A stretch of DNA of 64,000 bases from Tubulanus polymorphus (GCF_964204645.1 NC_134030.1:16430110-16494109); one strand, 5' to 3'; positions 13,109 through 23,996 are shown, counted from the stretch's first letter. Numbers and translations are program-made. The notes: generated from the letters alone by a model not told the origin.

Positions 13109-15514
13109 TTAGTGAGTATATGGTGCAGGTGATGCAGGAGCGATGTTCAGCGGTTGAACGACGCCATGGTGCAGCAGTAATGCCTGGAAAGTGAAGCGTT
13201 TGTCAGCGATAATGCGTCTTGCTTTATATGCCATATAATAAGTCAGCTTTATTTTATTAGGCACTTCGATAAGGTGCGCTGCAGCTAAGTTTGAAATACG
13301 AAAGTGATGCCATTTAAAAACGATAGCAGGAGACATTACGCCCAAGACGTCTATGTCATGGATGTGCGAGAAATCGACATGCCAGTAATGTGGGCATAAT
13401 GTCAGCGAGAGGACTGGGATACGAATGCATTCGTCACCAGTAGATAGTTCGACTAAGAGCGTAGTTTTTGTGCTAGAGCTTTTGCAGCGATAGATAAGTG
13501 AAGATATAATAATAAACGCAGCGCAAACAAGCATAATAGCTGATGATGATATGTTTAGAATCAGCGTATCCGGAAGACATAGTAACGAGACATGCGAATC
13601 GCTCGGCGTTGTCGTGGGTGCCGAGTATTTGAAAACAGTCCGTGTCGCTGCAGCAAGAACACCAGAGTTTGAACCTTTCTGGATCAAAAGTAATGCAGTA
13701 GCGACCATCTGATAGCGTTTAAAAAGAAATATACAAACAAACAGTAAAAATATGTCAAGGCCGAGGGCAGCTAAGGTTAAAATGCCGTTAAAATCAGGCC
13801 ACGTGGTCCAAGTAGACAGATCACCTGTCAGTAGAGGAGAAGACAGCGAAGAATAAATTCGACGTCCATCCTTGATGGCTTGGGTAACGCGCCTAAGACT
13901 CAAGTCATCTTGTCGGTCATTAGCAAGAAGTTGAGACCTAGAATGATTGTAAACTTCAAAGTCAGGAATATGTACGGAAAGTGGCTTGTCAGATGTCGTT
14001 TCACCTGACAGTGCTGCAACTGACGGGTCATTCTCAAAAAATGCATGTAGTAGTCCAAGGTTCACAGGGTGTAGTATAGTCAGAGGCGAATCCTTGTGAC
14101 AGGAACTAGAGCGCGGGGACAAATAAAGATTATTAGCGTGGACCGAACAGAAACACGGAATTTGAATGATACAAAATTCGCAACCTTTACGAACCTCGCG
14201 TTTGTCATTCAAACAATCAATAGTTATCACGGGACTCCGGTAAACCAAAACGATGCCAGGCGACACTTCAATGAGCCGTGACGTTATGGCGTTGACTACA
14301 ACTCGGAAGTCACAAACCTCGCGTATAGCTTTGACGATGTTGTAAAGAATTGCATATGCACATGATGGTTTCAAAGATGATGTCAAAGCTAAATTGAACG
14401 GACATAGGAGTTGTTTCTTTTTCCTGCAATCGCGAATATTATCATGCGAAAGCGCAGTGTAGTACTGCCGGTCATCCGTAACGGCTATGTACGGAGGAAG
14501 ATCAAGTAATTTGGTCGCTTTAGAGTCAGATTCATTAATCGGAACTGGAAGAGATGTTATACTGAAAAGTTTGAGCGGAGACTTATACGAAGATATAGGG
14601 ATACGCAATGTGATGTATAATTGCGAAGCATTTCTGAAATATATGGGTCGAGCGTTTTCGTAATAGAAATTTGTGTCTGTCCGCACAATGTATTGGTTCT
14701 GATAGGAACGTTGCAATAAGCTCTGAAGTGACGCGAGAGCCAGTTTTAAATTTTGTGGAGAAATCAATAAAGGCGATAGTTTGTTATTGTGAAGTGTAGC
14801 AATAGATATTTTCAGTTCTTCCATTGCTATAGAAATGTCTTCTGCTTGTTGAAGTTGGCTTGCTAGTAAAGAGTCTAACTGATCAGTTGCCCTTTCTTCA
14901 TCTTGAATTTGATATTGGACATTTGATTGTAGAACTTCGATTTGGTGGAAGTTGTCTTTGATAGCTTTGAAAGCACGGTCAGTCCGTCGAGATACAAGAT
15001 TAGCGTAAGAAGAGAAATGATCGCCGTGTTGAGAAATAGCCGAAGAAAGCGAATTAGCGCGGGCAGTGAGTTTCGAAATGTGTTGAGCCAAGATGTTAAT
15101 GTCGTCCATTGTTGCTGTGCCGAAAAGACTTTTACTGAAAGACCCGATAAATGAAAGAGGTGCAGAGCGTTTTGACCGTTTTGATGGAACAGGGGCTTCT
15201 GGTATTAAGTTTTGGATTATATTGAGCGTTTCATTAATGCGGGCGCTTGTCTTTGAGCGTATCTGCATAAGCATGTAAACTGCGCGGTTTTTCAATTTAC
15301 AGTGTTGTTTTTTGGTGTCATGACAGCTGCGAATATCATAGTGCGTAACGTCCGTTGTAGGCAGTTCAATCTGGAATGTATGTGTCCAGTATTCGTTTGA
15401 CATTTCGATGTTTCCGACTTCTTTGAATATCAAGCCATAGTTCAACCGTTGAATTACTGTCGAAGATGATGTCATAGCGAATCGAGTGAATAGCAGTATC
15501 CAGAATAATGCCAT
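13109..15514 (-). CDS. env: Env, class I F-type fusion glycoprotein (801 aa, intact)
   Basis: N-terminal signal peptide; furin site RSKR (aa ~113-116) followed by fusion-peptide-like SAPLSFIGSFSKSLFGTAT; heptads; Cys-rich region; TM at aa ~577-598; second hydrophobic helix at aa ~652-675; acceptor ctcgtatctttttAG at 15533-15532 just upstream of the ATG. Confidence 0.9.
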   Translation of the reverse strand: MALFWILLFTRFAMTSSSTVIQRLNYGLIFKEVGNIEMSNEYWTHTFQIELPTTDVTHYDIRSCHDTKKQHCKLKNRAVYMLMQIRSKTSARINETLNIIQNLIPEAPVPSKRSKRSAPLSFIGSFSKSLFGTATMDDINILAQHISKLTARANSLSSAISQHGDHFSSYANLVSRRTDRAFKAIKDNFHQIEVLQSNVQYQIQDEERATDQLDSLLASQLQQAEDISIAMEELKISIATLHNNKLSPLLISPQNLKLALASLQSLLQRSYQNQYIVRTDTNFYYENARPIYFRNASQLYITLRIPISSYKSPLKLFSITSLPVPINESDSKATKLLDLPPYIAVTDDRQYYTALSHDNIRDCRKKKQLLCPFNLALTSSLKPSCAYAILYNIVKAIREVCDFRVVVNAITSRLIEVSPGIVLVYRSPVITIDCLNDKREVRKGCEFCIIQIPCFCSVHANNLYLSPRSSSCHKDSPLTILHPVNLGLLHAFFENDPSVAALSGETTSDKPLSVHIPDFEVYNHSRSQLLANDRQDDLSLRRVTQAIKDGRRIYSSLSSPLLTGDLSTWTTWPDFNGILTLAALGLDIFLLFVCIFLFKRYQMVATALLLIQKGSNSGVLAAATRTVFKYSAPTTTPSDSHVSLLCLPDTLILNISSSAIMLVCAAFIIISSLIYRCKSSSTKTTLLVELSTGDECIRIPVLSLTLCPHYWHVDFSHIHDIDVLGVMSPAIVFKWHHFRISNLAAAHLIEVPNKIKLTYYMAYKARRIIADKRFTFQALLLHHGVVQPLNIAPASPAPYTH

Positions 15515-15738
15515 ACCACTTAGTAAGAGATCTAAAAAGATACGAGATGAGGAAGATGAGTGTGACGATTAGCCCCAGCTGTAAGGTCGTAGCACAGAGT
15601 CACTGAACCATGAATATGAAGAGCGATGAAAGTAAGTGGTGAGCTGTATCTGAATAGTACGAACGCTAGACAGCAACGAGAGTATTCGATGAAACAAGCT
15701 ATACGAAGTCGAGGTCAGGGAAATATCATGAATGAGAA

Positions 15739-18700
15739 TTACGTTGACTGTGCGTTTCGCAGCAGCGTCTTCTTGCGTTTCTTAGCTTTCCCATTGTACG
15801 AGTAATTAGCATGGAAACGCTTTTTGACGGCGTCGGGAACATCTTCATTGTCATACCAGATAGAGTTACGCACGTTTTTGACTTTGACTCTATAGCGTAA
15901 CCTCCCCAGCCTATAGTTAGCTCGAAGTATCCGGACAACGTTATCATCATTAAGTCGTGGTGGCTCATTTGGAAGAGTTTTCGGGGGTTTCGGTAGAGGT
16001 GCGTCAAGTGGTATTCTGTCATCTGGGTTGTTGTAAGGTTTAAGGCGGTTTGCGTGAACTTTAGTTTTGAGAATTGAGTTATCCGAACAGCGTTGAAGTT
16101 GGTATGTGTCGTTTTTGCAGCATTTTGATATAATGAATGGTCCGAAATGTTTAGGTTGAAGTTTCTTTGATTTGTGGCGAGTGAATGCTTTTTCCTGTAG
16201 AAGAATTTTATCGCCTTCTTTGAATTTGTGTTGTGTAGCCTTTTGGTCATACCGCGCTTTCATTTTATCCTGAGTTTCATGGAGTTGTTCTTTGATGATT
16301 TCTTTAGTGATTTTGAGCGTGTCAATGACTTGTTTGACATGTGTCTTAGCAGTAGTGTTAAGCGTTTCTTTAGGAATCAGAGCATTGTCAATGGGTCGGT
16401 TCATTTCTTTGCCAAATAAGACAGCATGTGGACTGAAGCCGGTTGACTGTGTACAAGGCGTCGCACGGAATGCCATCATAATACCCGGTAAGATAGAGGG
16501 CCAGTTTTTATGATTTTCATCGCAGTAAGCACGGAGAGATTGCGCAATCGTCGAGTTCATGCGTTCACAAGTAGCATTTGATTCAGGGTGGTAGCTGGTT
16601 GTGGTGAAATGTTTCACTTGAAATAGTTCACAAACAGCTTCTACGAGTGACGAACAGAAGTTTGCTCCACGGTCCGTGATGAGCGATCTTGGAGTGCCGT
16701 AACGTGTAAAGATTTCATTGACAAGTATTTTAGCGACTTCCTTTGAATCTTGAGTTTTCAGGGGGAAAGCCTCTGGCCATCTGGAATAGCTGTCAACTAC
16801 CAAAAGAATGTATTTAAAACCTTCCTTTGTCTCAGGAATAGGGCCTAAAATGTCTGCATGAATCCGTTGAAATGTGTTTGTGACAGGCAGTGGGTGTAGC
16901 GGTGCAGGTTTAGCTTTACGATTGGTTTTTGATGTTTGGCAAGGTCCGCAATATAGTACGTAGTTGTTAACGTCTCTGTACATATTTGGCCAGTAATATT
17001 TCAAACGAATTGCTGCGTATGTGTGATCAATGCCAAAATGACCTCCGCTATAAGGGTGGAGTGGTACGATTTCAAAACCATTTCCCGATGATTTGTCGGT
17101 AGCGCTAATTGACGATACATAACGCGGCCTTGTTTCTTCTGCGTTCGAGGCTGATAGAAGTGAAACAAAACATTGTCGATTACTGTGTATTGTTCAGCCT
17201 GTATACTAATTCTAGTAGCTTGCTTTTTATCGTCAGGCAGAGAATTCGTGGTTAGGTAGGTTTTGATATCCTTGAAATCGGGGCATGCATCTTGATCAGC
17301 AGATAATTGTTCCACAGATGCGGATCATGGTGGCAATTGTACAGGGTCGACAGCACCTGTCAGTGTAGCTATGATAGGAGGTGACGGATCAGAGTCATAG
17401 AAGAAAGTGATTTCATGAGATGACTGATCGTCAAGTTTATGTTCAGTCGAATGTAGCATTTGGTCAGAGGCAGCCATGGTGTTTACAGGTGTAGCGATTG
17501 TAGTTGGTATTGGTATGCGAGATAGGCAATCTGCGTTGGTATTGTTAACACCAGGTCTGTGAATGACTTGGTAATTGTACGATTGTAATAGAAGAGACCA
17601 TTGATGGAGACGCCTATTCTTATCGTGTTTAACATCAGCTAACCATTTCAAGGCGATATGATCAGTAATAACTTTGAAAGGTTGGTTGGTCAAATATTCT
17701 TTATAATGCTGTATGCCTTCTACGACGGCTAAACATTCCTGTTCAGATGTGTTCCAGTTACGTTCGTTTGGTCGAAGGGCTCTACCACCATACGCTATAG
17801 GGTGTTCTTTGTTATCTTCTTTAACTTGACTCAGGATGTACGCTATTCCGTTTGTGGAAGCATCAGTAGTGAGCACGAATGGTTTGTTAAGGTCAGGGTA
17901 AGCTAGGATTGGAGCCGAAACTAGTGCCTGTTTCATATTGTCGAAGGCATCTTGACATTCCTTAGTCCAAGTGAATGGTGTGTTTTTGTGAAGCAATCTA
18001 TTGAGAGGTGCCACGATATGAGAATAGCCTTTGACAAAGCGACGGTAGAAATTAGCCAAACCCAAGAAACTACGCACTTCCTTTTGTTTGGTAGGAACTG
18101 GGAATGAATTGATAATTTTAGTCTTCTCCGGATCAGTTTGAAAACCTTCGCGCGACATAATGTATCCTAAGTAACGAACTGATGGCATTGCAAAGAAACA
18201 TTTAGATGCTTTGAGAGTTAAGCCTGCTCTGTGTAACCTATTGAAGATTTCATTTAGGTCTTTCAAATGAGTTTCAAAATCTGGACTGAAAATTAGGATA
18301 TCGTCGACGTAGCAGAGTGCGATTTTGAAATTTACCCCTCTCAAAACATCAGCCATAAGAGCTTGAAATGTGATTGGGCTATTTCTGAGACCAAATGGTA
18401 GTCTTTTCCATTCGAATATACCATTATGCGTTATGAAAGCAGCTTTGTGTCTAGTTTCAGGGTCCATTGGTACTTGCCAAAACCCGCTGGATAAATCAAG
18501 AGAAGTGAAATATTTTGCATCGACCGCGCCTACAGCATCGATTGCGTCATCGATTTTTGGTAAAGGAAAGTTAATTGGTTTGGTGATAGCATTCAATTTT
18601 CTATAGTCGACACAAAATCTCCATTCTCCGTTCTTCTTTTTTACAAGGACCACAGGGCTATGCCAATTAGAAGTGCTCGGTGCACATATATTAGACTGTA

Positions 18701-19754
18701 AGAGTTCATCTAATATTTTACTGAGATTTTCTTTAGCTTCTGGGTTTTGTCGATATGGCGGGAGTCTTACTGGCCCTTGGTCAGCAAGAGTTTCTATTTT
18801 ATGCGCTACGCGTTCAGTTCTACCTAATGAATCTAAATCATCAGAAAATAAGTCTCGATTCTGGTTTAAAAATTCTTGTAGACGTTCTCGCTCATTGGAT
18901 GTCATGTCTTCCTCTGATGGCATATTGAATTTTACGGGTTGTTTTTGAACTGGTTTGCTTTTAGAATTTGTATCGGAACTAGGAGGAGACACGTCATCTA
19001 ATGAAATTACATCTTCAGGGTCAATTACAGCCACGAGGCCCACAACATTATTACGCGGTATCGCAATTGAGTAATCGTTTGGATTAATTATGCTCATAAT
19101 CGGGTTTGTATTTCTACATGATTGCACGACACATTGTGATCCAGCTAATAGCATTGACCTAAGGTTTGGATGTGGCTGTATATGAGCGGTAACCACGTCG
19201 GGAATGCGAGTTAGGTTTAACGGAATGCCGATCTCAGATCTAGCTGGGATTTTAACATGTTTCAGGGTGCGAGCTAATCCAGCATTACTGCATGTGATAG
19301 GAGCTATAATTGTATCATTGCTAAGCGTTAATGTGCGTGTATTGTGCCAATATTTAACTTTTGCACTGCGGTGAAGTAAAAAGTCATCACCGAGTATAAT
19401 TGGATATTGACAACTTGGCAAGACAATGAAGTCGTGATGAAAAGCAACACCTTGAATTTTAATTGCCAAATTAATTTTACCAAGCACGTTAATTTTCTGT
19501 CCACCAACTCCGCTAACTGATTCAATGCTTGCTCGATCAATAGCAGAGTTAGGAACTTCAAGTCTCGAAAGCATCGCTTGGCTTAAGCAAGAAACGGAGG
19601 CACCAGTATCTACCAGTGCTCTGATATTTTGAGATGCATTATTAATTTTGACTAAAATGGTGTTGCCAGACATCGATGCTTCAGTTGTCAGGGCAATGTT
19701 GGCTGTGTGGTGCCCATCCGAAGAAACACAGGGTTTACGGACAGGCGCGCACCC
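15739..19754 (-). CDS. pol: Pol (protease, RT, RNase H, integrase with GPF motif and chromodomain-like tail); disrupted by an in-frame TGA at 17325-17327 and a 1-nt frameshift near 17047
   Basis: LVDTGAS; WRFCVDYRKLN, LPFGL, YVDD; TTDAS/EQECLA/TDH; GGHFG..CGPC; DILGP/TDRG/CERMN; HFGPF; VVRILRA...YRVKVK...W. Confidence 0.92.
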
Positions 19755-20837
19755 CTAGTAATAGTTCTGGGGGTTGCCGCAGATGTTGTCATAATGACCG
19801 TATCTCTGACAACGTTGGCACAAATGTCGCCAGGCAGGACATAACCTATCGCGTGGAAAACATGACTTACCCGCTCCGCATCCTCTACAAGGTTTCTGTC
19901 GATGTTGCTGAGGTGGACCATCTCGATGTTGGTACTGTTGTGATTGTGGTTGTTGATGTTGTCGCGGATGGTAGTGTGTTGATTGATTCCGGTAATTCGG
20001 TTGTTGTTGTTGCTGTCTGTGCTGCGGTCCGGTAGGTTGACGATTGTAGGTCGTCTGTTCGTTTCGGCCGGTTATCGGTCTACTGTTATATTGCGGCGTA
20101 TTTATCGCATTAACGTCATTATTAGAAACGGACGTCGATTTCATTTCAGCGATTTGTTTCGACAGTTCACTTATAGTTGCTACTAGACTATCGACAGTTG
20201 TGGAATTAATTGGTGCTTTAGGAACAGCAACTGACTCGACCAATTCTACTTTCTCGATTAAGTCGTCCATAGTCTTAGGGTTTAATGGAATGATCTGCGT
20301 TTGTATTTCCGGTTTTAAACCTCTCAATATTATTTGAAGTAAGACTTCTTCACTCAGTTTCGAGTCTACGGCTTGCTCCCGTATACGGTCCATGAATTCA
20401 TGCGCAGATTCATTCTTTTGGCTGTCTTTGAATAAGTTCAAATTGATTCGCTGGGGCAAATATCTTTTCTCGAATGCTTTTTTCAAATTTGCCCACGTCG
20501 ATCTTGCTTCGTCACCGAGGCCCATATACCAGACATATGTGTTATCTCCTAGGAACCCAGGGAAGTTTTTGAGCTTATGGCCATCCGTGTAGTTGTTTGC
20601 AGTGGCGTATCCATCCCATCGTGACCACCATATATTGGCATTTTTACCTTCGAACACTGGTAATCTCGGTACTTTTGGGTCCATGATGAATGCTGCTGGT
20701 TCTGCTGTATCCGGTGTACTTGACGTTGCTTGTGGTTGCGGCGGTTGTTGTGGCGATTGTGGTTGTAGCTGTGGTGAAGTCGGACGAATATTTTGTCTGC
20801 TGTGTGATCTAGTCAAGTGTGTGCTTGGCTGCGGCAT
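19755..20837 (-). CDS. gag: Gag (360 aa)
   Basis: Retrotransposon capsid-like region (W..LKKAFEKRY, QKNESAHEFMDRI), Q-rich linker, CCHC knuckle CQRCQRYGHYDNIC; ends at TAG in frame with pol. Confidence 0.9.
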   Translation of the reverse strand: MPQPSTHLTRSHSRQNIRPTSPQLQPQSPQQPPQPQATSSTPDTAEPAAFIMDPKVPRLPVFEGKNANIWWSRWDGYATANNYTDGHKLKNFPGFLGDNTYVWYMGLGDEARSTWANLKKAFEKRYLPQRINLNLFKDSQKNESAHEFMDRIREQAVDSKLSEEVLLQIILRGLKPEIQTQIIPLNPKTMDDLIEKVELVESVAVPKAPINSTTVDSLVATISELSKQIAEMKSTSVSNNDVNAINTPQYNSRPITGRNEQTTYNRQPTGPQHRQQQQQPNYRNQSTHYHPRQHQQPQSQQYQHRDGPPQQHRQKPCRGCGAGKSCFPRDRLCPAWRHLCQRCQRYGHYDNICGNPQNYY

Positions 20838-20868
20838 AGGGAACGTAGTAGCTGGTACCGTTGATCTG

Positions 20869-20886
20869 CCGTCGGTTCATCCACCA
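20869..20886 (-). promoter_or_regulatory. Primer-binding site
   Basis: TGGTGGATGAACCGACGG begins 2 nt after the 5' LTR; TGG complements tRNA CCA; cognate tRNA not identified (first 7 nt fit a tRNA-Ala-type end). Confidence 0.7.
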
Positions 20887-20888
20887 TC

Positions 20889-21691
20889 TATTATACGGAA
20901 CTTTGTTGAAAGTTGACACTGAAGAAGATATAAGATTGCTATTGTATTTGTTTATAATGATTTATTCCTCTTCGATCGGTGGCACTGTAGAGACTGATGA
21001 AATTATTATAATACAAGCAAGATAAATATAAATACAGATTGTTACATTGAATTGAACTATTATTCAGTTTAAGCGTATAATCTAAGTAATCGTAATATAG
21101 TACTAATAATAATAATAATAGTCGATGCAATATTTGTGGCAGCTATAACTTTAACTCGATTGATTGATAAATATAAGTTTACAAAATATTATTTAACTCA
21201 CCTGAAGAAGATATAAGATTGCTATTGTATTTGTTTATAATGATTTATTCCTCTTCGATCGGTGGCACTGTAGAGACTGATGAAATTATTCTAGATCAGG
21301 ACTCTCTCAGTTTGGCCCTGCCCACGGGTAATTAGATTTCTAGCGCTCTGATTGGTTGTTTCAATCGAAACTACTCAAGTTTCTAGGCAGATGAGTTGGG
21401 GCAAACTGTCATCAACAATTAACATGCTAGCTAATTGGTTATTGTCTAATAGTTCCTCATGGGTAACTTTTTAAAATAGTGTGGTGCCAACAAGTCTGAG
21501 CTGGGGAAACAAAGATAATTCAGCCATCTTGTAATAAAATGTTTATAATATATATATAATTTAGTTAAGATTTGCATCTAAAGTTATTTTGGTTCGAGTA
21601 AATGTAAAGCTTAGATTAGGCTGATGAAAATGATATGCAATATATATATGTTTGTACTATAAGAATTTTTTAGGCGCAAGTTGCTATAATA
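20889..21691 (-). repeat. 5' LTR (803 bp)
   Basis: About 5 substitutions plus one TA indel versus the 3' LTR by eye; CCAAT boxes, TCAGT initiator-like motif, AATAAA in both 89-bp copies, splice donor CAG|GTGAGT at 21202/21201. Confidence 0.95.
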
Positions 21692-22445
21692 GCTGACAGA
21701 GATGTTGGTGACTTGGAATTTGGAAGTGAACAAATTGAGAGTGACAACGAATATGACTGCAGTAGTTCTGATGATGAGACTTAGTTAGAAAATAGGTCTA
21801 GTACCGGCATTGATTTTGATGATGAAAATGAAATCAGTGACAATTTTTTTAGACCCTGTTGATTCGGTGGTCATGGCAACGGACACCAACAACAATAAAG
21901 AAGAACCAGAAACTGTCCATCCTCATGGTCACATATATCCAAATTATTTGTCTTATTTGTAAGCCCAAATCAACACCATGGTATATAATATATCAGTGTC
22001 AAAAACATAGGTAACAATTTTCTGAGGCTTGAAATTTTACCCCAATGAGTCCCCTTACATCTGGCCTTTGGACATATCGGTGGAAAAGTGGGTAAATGAG
22101 TGGAGAAATAAATTAGTTGGTCTATTGCCTTGAAATTTTTACAACATAAAGTAAGGATATATGGCATACAATTTCAGTTGAAATTGAATAGATCAGTGCA
22201 TTTTCCTGGGAGACTGAGCAGTTTATCTGAAACGAGAATTTTTTTCATGGCGGCCTTCTTGGAGTATGTGACCTTGACCTCAAGTTCACTTATATCCAAA
22301 TTATTTATGTCTACTTCGTCGGCCCAAAAGTGATCAACAACATGCTATATAATTTTTCTATGTCAGGTACCGTGGTAACTATTCTATGAAGCCTCAAATA
22401 TACTCTTATAAACCCCCAAATTCCATGTGGTATTGAAAGGGTTAA

Positions 22446-22754
22446 ACCCTAGAAGAGACGGCCCAGGGTCTCTTTCCGAGACGTTGGACCACAATAAATT
22501 ATTGTCCGTGACTGGCCGTCTACTACGATCTGGTCCACGAGGGCACCCACGGCCATTGCCACATCCACACCAACGATTGAAGGTTGGGTTATCTGGTATC
22601 TGCGGTTCTTCGTCACTGGTGTCAGACGATTCTGAAGACATTTTTGGCATATTCACTGGCTCGTCAGATTCAGATCATTGTCGCCATCAGAAAAGCTGGC
22701 GTTGCCAATACAATATACGTCATCCGTGGAAAATACACGTTTACTTGAAGACAT
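22446..22754 (-). pseudogene. Acidic N-terminus of the same piggyBac transposase
   Basis: MSSSKRVFSTDDV...SSESSDTSDEE...DPGPSLLGF|KLPGPAGPTNMED reads through the reconstituted TTAA (one frameshift near 22670); probable outer end GAAGAG|TTAA at 23253-23257 with GTGTGCTTAGCACAC subterminal repeats. Confidence 0.75.
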
Positions 22755-23996
22755 CTCGAATGAAACTGGTTGCAGGGACGTTACTTTGTGTCGTATTTAT
22801 ATGTTTTGTACTGCTGATAATTTATGATTTTGTTTGTGTTACTGAAACAGGCCACCAGTAACTGGGGGAAGATGAAATTGCTTTCTATTTCAAAAGAACT
22901 GCAATGTCAATCATTATTATCTAAGGTTGCTATCTGGGAGTTATTGTTAGTTGTTGTTGTAATAGCCAGATACTTGACTTGAACTTGGAACACTGTACAT
23001 ACATCATCACCACGTGACTAGTACTAGCGATTCATCACTGTTATAATTCCTAGCATGTGCCGCCAATCTATACACAAGCATGCGTGTAGTGTTGCTTAGG
23101 GCAGCCAGTGATAACGCAAGTAATATAGAGTACAGTGCTTGATATGTATGCCATCTACATAGCTTATAATGAACTTTGTGTGCTTAGCACACCCCCCGCC
23201 CAGTTGAACTGTCTGAGCATAGTGTGCTTAGCACACTGCCCGCATGTGAAGAGTTAAATTTTAAAAGGCCTGCTAACCTGACTTTTCATTCTCACACTGC
23301 AATCATGGATAACTTTTGAACTAACGTCTAGAAAAAGATACCCTGTGTTTGTGAGATGACGCACTAACTGTTGATTTTACCTGTTCTGTATTTTCCTCTC
23401 TCTGTCATTTCGCAGGGGTTTGAATAAAACCAAAAGCCTCTAGTGCTTTGGTATTGCCATTATATATACTGTTAAGATTTTTTCCGATATTCAACATAAA
23501 AGATCCGGCAATTCATGAACTGGATGGATCAGTTAAATAACAGATTTTGGACCGTTGAGAAACAGAATTCATGCCCACAATTTACCGATGAAAATGGGAA
23601 GAAATTCCGTTAATTAATGGATTTCAAATTCCGTTAATTAACAATTACATCCGGTTCATATATTGCCGGAATTCCGAAATATATCTGCGAATATCCAATA
23701 TCTTGATACACATCAAAAACATTTTGCAATTTTGCCCTAAAGCACATCCAAGGTAACACAAACCATAATCAACGAAAGATATTTCCGGCCTATATCAAAA
23801 ACAATATTACACTTATTATAAATTTTAGAAAAAATTTAATTATCACAAATTGTGAGACATTGGTCGATTAAAAACTCTAAAAAAACAAACCTTGTTCTAA
23901 AACAATTTCACAACTTTTTAACACATTTACACATGAGGTATTGTTGTACAATATGCATGAAAATGTTTTCACACAAACATTTACTAATAACCAATA

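Larger units (their letters stand above)
11816..21691 (-). mobile_element. Full-length env-encoding Gypsy/Ty3-type LTR retrotransposon
   Basis: Paired LTRs; 4-bp TSD GCTG at 11812-11815 and 21692-21695; PBS and PPT; gag-PR-RT-RH-IN-env order. Confidence 0.97.
10645..22441. mobile_element. Non-autonomous piggyBac element hosting an IS3EU-like MITE and the Gypsy-env element
   Basis: TTAA|CCCTTACAATACCAC ... GTGGTATTGAAAGGG|TTAA (15-bp TIR, 1 mismatch); TTAA at 10641-10644 and 22442-22445; decayed acidic ORF (DADRDVGDLEFGSE...SSSDDE) spans the Gypsy insertion site. Confidence 0.85.

Noticed and set aside
15726-16250. 174-aa alternative-frame ORF overlapping the integrase
   Set aside because: No recognisable motifs or expression signals; likely a shadow ORF
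17325-17327. In-frame TGA between RNase H and integrase as a second programmed readthrough
   Set aside because: No supporting structure seen, CGA>TGA decay is plausible, and a frameshift follows at ~17047; treated as a lesion unless conserved in other copies
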